Assembly: GCA_950097015.1 (NCBI GenBank) | Contig: CATNEN010000038.1 | Location: forward strand, 4,030,001 to 4,094,000 | DNA length: 64,000 nucleotides | Source: Macrostomum hystrix | Lineage: Eukaryota; Animalia; Platyhelminthes | Direction of reading: 5' to 3' | Shown: positions 59,001-64,000 of the stretch, in pieces | How positions within the stretch are numbered: the stretch's first letter is position 1 | How the letters are laid out: every line of letters starts with the position of its first letter | Notes under the pieces: generated by a model | Database searches by the model: none | What the model saw: the letters and a program-made list of their open reading frames with translations, nothing else | What the model was told of the DNA's origin: nothing | Position numbers and translations under genes: made by a program

Positions 59001-62000
59001 GAACCGGCCCGAGACCAGCCTGCGCTCATTGTCGAACAGGCCCAGCCGGGTCCAGGCCCGCGAGAACAGATGCCGGCTGGAGGTCTCGCGGCACTGCAGC
59101 TCCAGCACGGCGCCCATGCCGGGCAGGGGGCTGGCCCGGGGCACCGGCTGCTTGTGGGCCAGCAGGGCGTAGGTGACGCCGCTGTCAACCGCCTCTCCGC
59201 GAATGTCTTCGGTTCTGACCAGCGGATGAACGGCCGGCTCACCGAGTTCCTGCGTTGAAAGTGAACATCAGGTGAGTCTAAGAGGTGAGAATACGCTTGT
59301 AGTTATTGCAGGAGGGCCTTGGGTACTGGCTCATTATTTGGTGACAGCGGACAGTGGGCAACCAGCGAGAAGGCAATTCTGCCCTTTCCGCTGACTCCTG
59401 AGCACACAGGCACACAGGGGGTGTACATCTGCCACGACCTTCTGATCGTCATTCAGAGCACACTCTTACGCTCGTAATGTGCCCTGAATTGTTGGTCTTC
59501 AAATGCCTCATATATGGCGCGAAAAGCCCATTTATACGATTGCCACTCACCGCAGTAATCTGCAGTGCAGGTAACAATCGTGCGTTCTCACCTGGTTACC
59601 CGCGTGCAGACTCAGAATGAGTCGCACTGCATTCACGTGAATGTCCAGACCGGTGATAAAGTCCATGTAGAGAATAAACCCCTGGCTGGGATCGTAGAAG
59701 GTTGGCGCCAGCGGGTCCTGACGCAGCTCCGGTGGCGGCTGAGCCACTGGCTGGTAGAACTTCACGTCCTTGTACACTGGCTCGTCAAGGACGACGAGGT
59801 CCGCCAGTTCTTTCTTAGCTGGCGAAGCTGCTGCAGCCGCAGCCGCAGTTGCTGCCGTGGGTGGCGCCTGAAAAATTGAACAAAACGAAAGTCAGATTTC
59901 CTCACAGATCCTTGGTTTTCCTATACGACGTTATCGAATGCTTAGTTTAAGTCGTAAAAACCCGGAAGAAAAAATTGGCACGTATTCAAATTTGATTTTG
60001 ATATTGTGATAGCGCGAAAATTCTAGTTGCACGGCAACACTGTTGCGAGAATATCATAGAAAAGCATGCCATGTTTCATGCCTCCTGTATGCCGTCAGGC
60101 AAAGCAGAACCGAATAAATAAGCGGAAGAAAATAAGAGAAGAAGACAGCTTCACATCCAGTGTGCATATTTGCCGCATAACTTCTGCAGTGCAGTACAAA
60201 TACATATAGTACTTCCAGTAGAGCGTAGAGTATAGCGTAGTGACAGTGAATAAATAAATACTTTGTGAAGAACAGTTAAGATAAGCGCACAGCGAACATT
60301 CTGTTCTCCCATTGTAAACACAAACCTGGCTGATTTTATTTTCTGAAAAATGAGTTTTATGGATTATCATAGAGAAACAATTGTCAAACTGTCGGTAGCA
60401 ATACTGCATGTTTATTCTAATACTGTATCAGAAATGTGATAGCCAACCAATTTTCAAGCAATGTCTCCTAGCAACGCTTAATCAAGCAAGTAATTTAGCA
60501 GTGCCCTCTGAATGTCAGAAAGTTTATTTTCTCACAATTGCATTCTTTAATAGACTTTTTAATTAATAGGCATTTCTCTCAACAGTAGTATTAGTAGTAG
60601 TATCAGACTGATTTTCGTAAAAGTCCACCACTTGTATCAAATTTTCCACCCTTTACGATGAGCTAACTTTCAAAGCCGACCCAGTCAGCATGTTCGAGAT
60701 ATTCAGTGAGTATTTTCTAAGACCCTGGTGACAAGAACAACAAACAGTTGCTGCCTGACAGTCCGACGAGAATCCTTAAATATCCCCACGATGCCAATTT
60801 TTCTGATTCTGGAAGTTTTTACATCGGATAGAGCGAATTTTTTTACTCGTGATCTTGATTTCCATGGTGATTGGTTGATTATTTGGGGAAAACCACTCCC
60901 TGTTGTCTTTCTATTGCCAAGTGGACAATAAGCGGCTCACCTCAGCAGCGCCGGCTCCGGCTCTGTCGCCGACTACTGATGGCGAAGCCCTGGACGCCGC
61001 TCGACGCAGTCCATTGTTGGACCGCCGTCCGAACGGTTGTTGAGTCTGGCGCCACGGCTGGAACTCCGGCAGCTGGCGCGGAGTTGCGGCTGCCGCCGCC
61101 GCTGATGCCGCAGCTGGGGGCTGAAAACCGAACGGCGGCGCCGCGGCGCCTCCGGAGCCACCGAAACCGACGCCGAAGCTGCGCGCCGAGTCAGCGGCAG
61201 CTGCGGCGGCTCCCGAGTTGGCGAATGCTGGACCAGGATGGTTCGAATGGATTGCTAGTCTATCACATAAAATGGATTGCTAGTCTATCCTATTGAATGG
61301 ACTACTAGTCTATCCCATAAAATGGATTGCTAGTCTATCCCATTGAATGGGTTGCTAGTCTATCCCAATGAATGGATTGCTAGTCTATCCCATTGAATGG
61401 ATTGCTAGTCTATCCCATTGAATGGATTGCTAGTCTATCCCATAAAATGGATTGCAAGTCTATCCCATTGAATGGATTGCTAGTCTATCCCATAAAATGG
61501 ATTGCTAGTCTATCACATAAAATGGATTGCTAGTCTATCCCATTGAATGGATTGCTAGTCTATCCCATAAAATGGATTGCTAGTCTATCCCAAAAAATGG
61601 ATTGCTAGTCTATCCCATAAAATGGATTGCTAGTCTATCCCATAAAATGGATTGCTAGTCTATCCCATAAAATGGATTGCTAGTCTATCCCATAAAATGG
61701 ATTGCTAGTCTATCCCATAAAATGGATTGCTAGTCTATCCCATAAAAATGGATTGCTAGTCTATCCCACTGAATGGATTGCTAGTCTATACCACTGAATG
61801 GATTGCTAGTCTATCCCATAAAATGGATTGCTAGTCTAGAACATTGAATGGATTGCTAGTCTATCCCATAAAATGGATTGCTAGACTATCCCATAAAAAT
61901 GGATTGCTAGTCTATTCCATTGAATGGATTGCTAGTCTATACCATTGAATGGATTGCTAGTCTATCCCATAAAATGGATTGCTAGACTATACCATAAAAT

Positions 62001-64000
62001 GGATTGCTAGTCTATCACATAAAATGGATTGCTAGTCTATCACATAAAATGTATTGCTAGTCTATCCCATTGAATGGATTGCTAGTCTATCACATAAAAT
62101 GGATTGCTAGTCTATCACATAAAATAGATTGCTAGTCTATCACATAAAATGGATTGCTAGTCTATCACATAAAATGTATTGCTAGTCTATCCCATTGAAT
62201 GGATTGCTAGTCTATCACATAAAATGGATTGCTAGTCTATCACATAAAATGGATTGCTAGTCTATCACATAAAATGGATTGCTAGTCTATCCTATTGAAT
62301 GGACTACTAGTCTATCCCATAAAATGGATTGCTAGTCTATCCCATTGAATGGGTTGCTAGTCTATCCCATAAAATGGATTGCTAGACTATACCATTGAAT
62401 GGATTGCTAGACTATACCATTGAATGGATTGCTAGTCTATCCCGTAAAATGGATTGCTAGACTATACCATTGAATGGATTGCTAGTCTATCACATAAAAT
62501 GGATTGCTAGTCTATCACATAAAATGGATTGCTAGTCTATCCTATTGAATGGACTACTAGTCTATCCCATAAAATGGATTGCTAGTCTATCCCATTGAAT
62601 GGGTTGCTAGTCTATCCCATAAAATGGATTGCTAGACTATACCATTGAATGGATTGCTAGACTATACCATTGAATGGGTTGCTAGTCTATCCCATAAAAT
62701 GGATTGCTAGACTATCCCATAAAAATGGATTGCTAGTCTATTCCATTGAATGGATTGCTAGTCTATACCATTGAATGGATTGCTAGTCTATCCCATAAAA
62801 TGGATTGCTAGTCTAGACCAAGAGGGGAATATAACGAATTTAAGACGATCGATGCACCAGACTGGAGAGTCCCTGACGGCTTATCTAGCAGTTGTTACGT
62901 CATCGTCAGCCGGACCGCTCACCTCGCATCACCTCCCGATTTCGCTCCTGCAGCGCCTGTAAATCTTCGTAGAGTCGGCGATTCTCCGCGTCCAGGAGAG
63001 CCGCCTGGCGGCGCTTCTGGGCCTCTTAAAAATGAACAAAGAAGGTCGGAAAGATAGCCGCCATATCTAAGAAAAAATCTAACGAATATATGGACAGAAT
63101 TAGTAGCTGTGGGGTAATTAATAGAATTAAAAAACTTTGGGGTTAATTAAATAACTTTGAGGATAATTAAGTAAAAAGATGATAGTTTAGTATTGTAGTA
63201 AAAATGTGAATAATATAGTAGTTGTGTGTTAAATATAGTAACTATGGTGACACTTTAGTAACTTCCGGGATATAGAGATAACTCAGTAACTCAGTACCTT
63301 AGTATACTCAAATGAAATGATTTCGGGCTGAGGGATTGCGCTTGTAAAAGCTCATGCTTAAAACAACTGTTGCTACAGTCAGTTTGTTCTAAGAAAGGTA
63401 ATCCTAGGAACAAATCACATTTATCCTTCTTAAAGTGACAGAGAAGGTCATTTTATCTGCGGCTCACCCTCCTTCTCGCGTCTCCAGGGCTGTCGGTCGT
63501 TTTTAATCCTCTCCAACTCCAGCGCCTCGTTCATCATGTCCGTCATGCGCTTCAGCGTCTGGGCGTCCGCACCGCCGTTGGCTATGTAGAACTGGCGCAG
63601 CGAGGAAATCTCATTCAGGATGGACTCGGCGTGGTAGGAGGTGCTGAGTTTGAGAGTTAGGCAGTTAGAAATCAATCAGATTATAATAAAAATCCATCTA
63701 GCCCAGCTGGGCCTGATGTACAGCCGCAGCTATTCAAAGGACCACTAGTACTTAGCAGGAGGTAACGCTTGGCTTTCCTGGAAATTTTTTCTGACAAATC
63801 GATGGACTTAGTTGTCTGCGACAATCCCATTTTCCTTGATTCAGTTCATGCACTGCACAACCGGACTCAACAAGAACAAATAAAATCACGCAGAAAGATT
63901 CGAACCTGGGCTGTTTGGACAGCTGCGCCCCCACCAGAGCCTCCTGCACAGCCCGGTTTGCCCTATCGACATCGTCTGCCCGCTCCTCCAGTCGCGCCGC
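53019..64000 (-). CDS. CCDC17: CCDC17-like coiled-coil protein with long C-terminal multi-domain extension; 5' end beyond the right edge
   Basis: Recognisable CCDC17 domain (YDPSQGFILYMDFITGL...KQPVPR...AWTRLGLFDNERRLVSGRFKLPLR.LP...QLNSVPQWGNAILHVRVANARD). Exons: >64000-63906, 63643-63468, 63024-62923, 61227-60941, 59867-59592, 59249-58891, 58360-58052, 57460-56772, 56256-55841, 55583-55410, 55272-54778, 54174-53677, 53060-53019; all phase-consistent. Confidence 0.8.
53209..53600. repeat. 19-bp pyrimidine minisatellite, ~20 copies
   Basis: Unit CTACTTCCCCTTCTCCACT. Confidence 0.95.
54265..54660. repeat. ~27-bp degenerate minisatellite
   Basis: Unit GAGATGGTTGCTAGGGTA(A/C/T)GGGTTTCA. Confidence 0.85.
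55632..55795. repeat. ~42-45-bp tandem repeat
   Basis: Unit AGGAGTCTTTGTT...TTTAAGATGTCTTCAATGAGTCT. Confidence 0.8.
57636..57935. repeat. 40-bp minisatellite, ~7 copies
   Basis: Unit ACACAATGATGAACATACGAAAACTGTAGGGAACGTACGG. Confidence 0.93.
58413..58865. repeat. 23-bp minisatellite, ~19 copies
   Basis: Unit ACAGCACTGAAGGCACTCCACAA. Confidence 0.95.
59303..59530 (-). mobile_element. SINE family A, 5'-truncated copy
   Basis: TTGCAGGAGGGC...TTTGGTGACA...GGCAATTCTGCCC...GCTGACTCCTGAGCACAC...GTGTACATCTGCC is shared with copies 1 and 3. Confidence 0.7.
60026..60475. promoter_or_regulatory. Two RFX X-box-like motifs in a CCDC17 intron
   Basis: GTTGCACGGCAAC (60026-60038) and GTCTCCTAGCAAC (60463-60475) resemble the GTNRCC(N)RGYAAC consensus. 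Confidence 0.4.
61246..62815. repeat. 25-bp minisatellite, ~62 copies
   Basis: Unit AATGGATTGCTAGTCTATCCCATAA. Confidence 0.97.

Overview
Eukaryotic, intron-rich animal DNA: GT-AG introns, GC-rich exons, and most long introns filled by a private minisatellite. This architecture is most like the flatworm Macrostomum; that is an inference, not a database result. I reconstructed phase-consistent gene models by hand. From right to left on the minus strand: a CCDC17-like protein with a long C-terminal extension (5' end outside the window), a secreted triple-WSC-domain protein, three secreted trypsin-family pseudoproteases (His57->Arg; the middle copy is on + and forms an inverted duplication with the left copy), an intronless EF-hand protein (+), an ATP8A-type P4 flippase, STK36/Fused, a CARD+death-domain RAIDD/CRADD-like adaptor, and a homocysteine S-methyltransferase (3' end outside the window). 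Mobile DNA comprises two tRNA-headed SINE families, a nested MITE pair, and a P-element/THAP9 deletion derivative with TIRs and an 8-bp TSD inserted in a decayed Gypsy integrase. The most interesting signals are: (1) a gene-converting cluster of dead proteases beside the WSC gene; (2) a candidate four-gene SL trans-spliced operon; (3) an array of 24 acceptor+uORF units directly before the CRADD-like ATG; (4) minisatellites seeded from SINE termini; (5) the extended CCDC17. Most long ORFs in the supplied track are translations of minisatellites, not genes.
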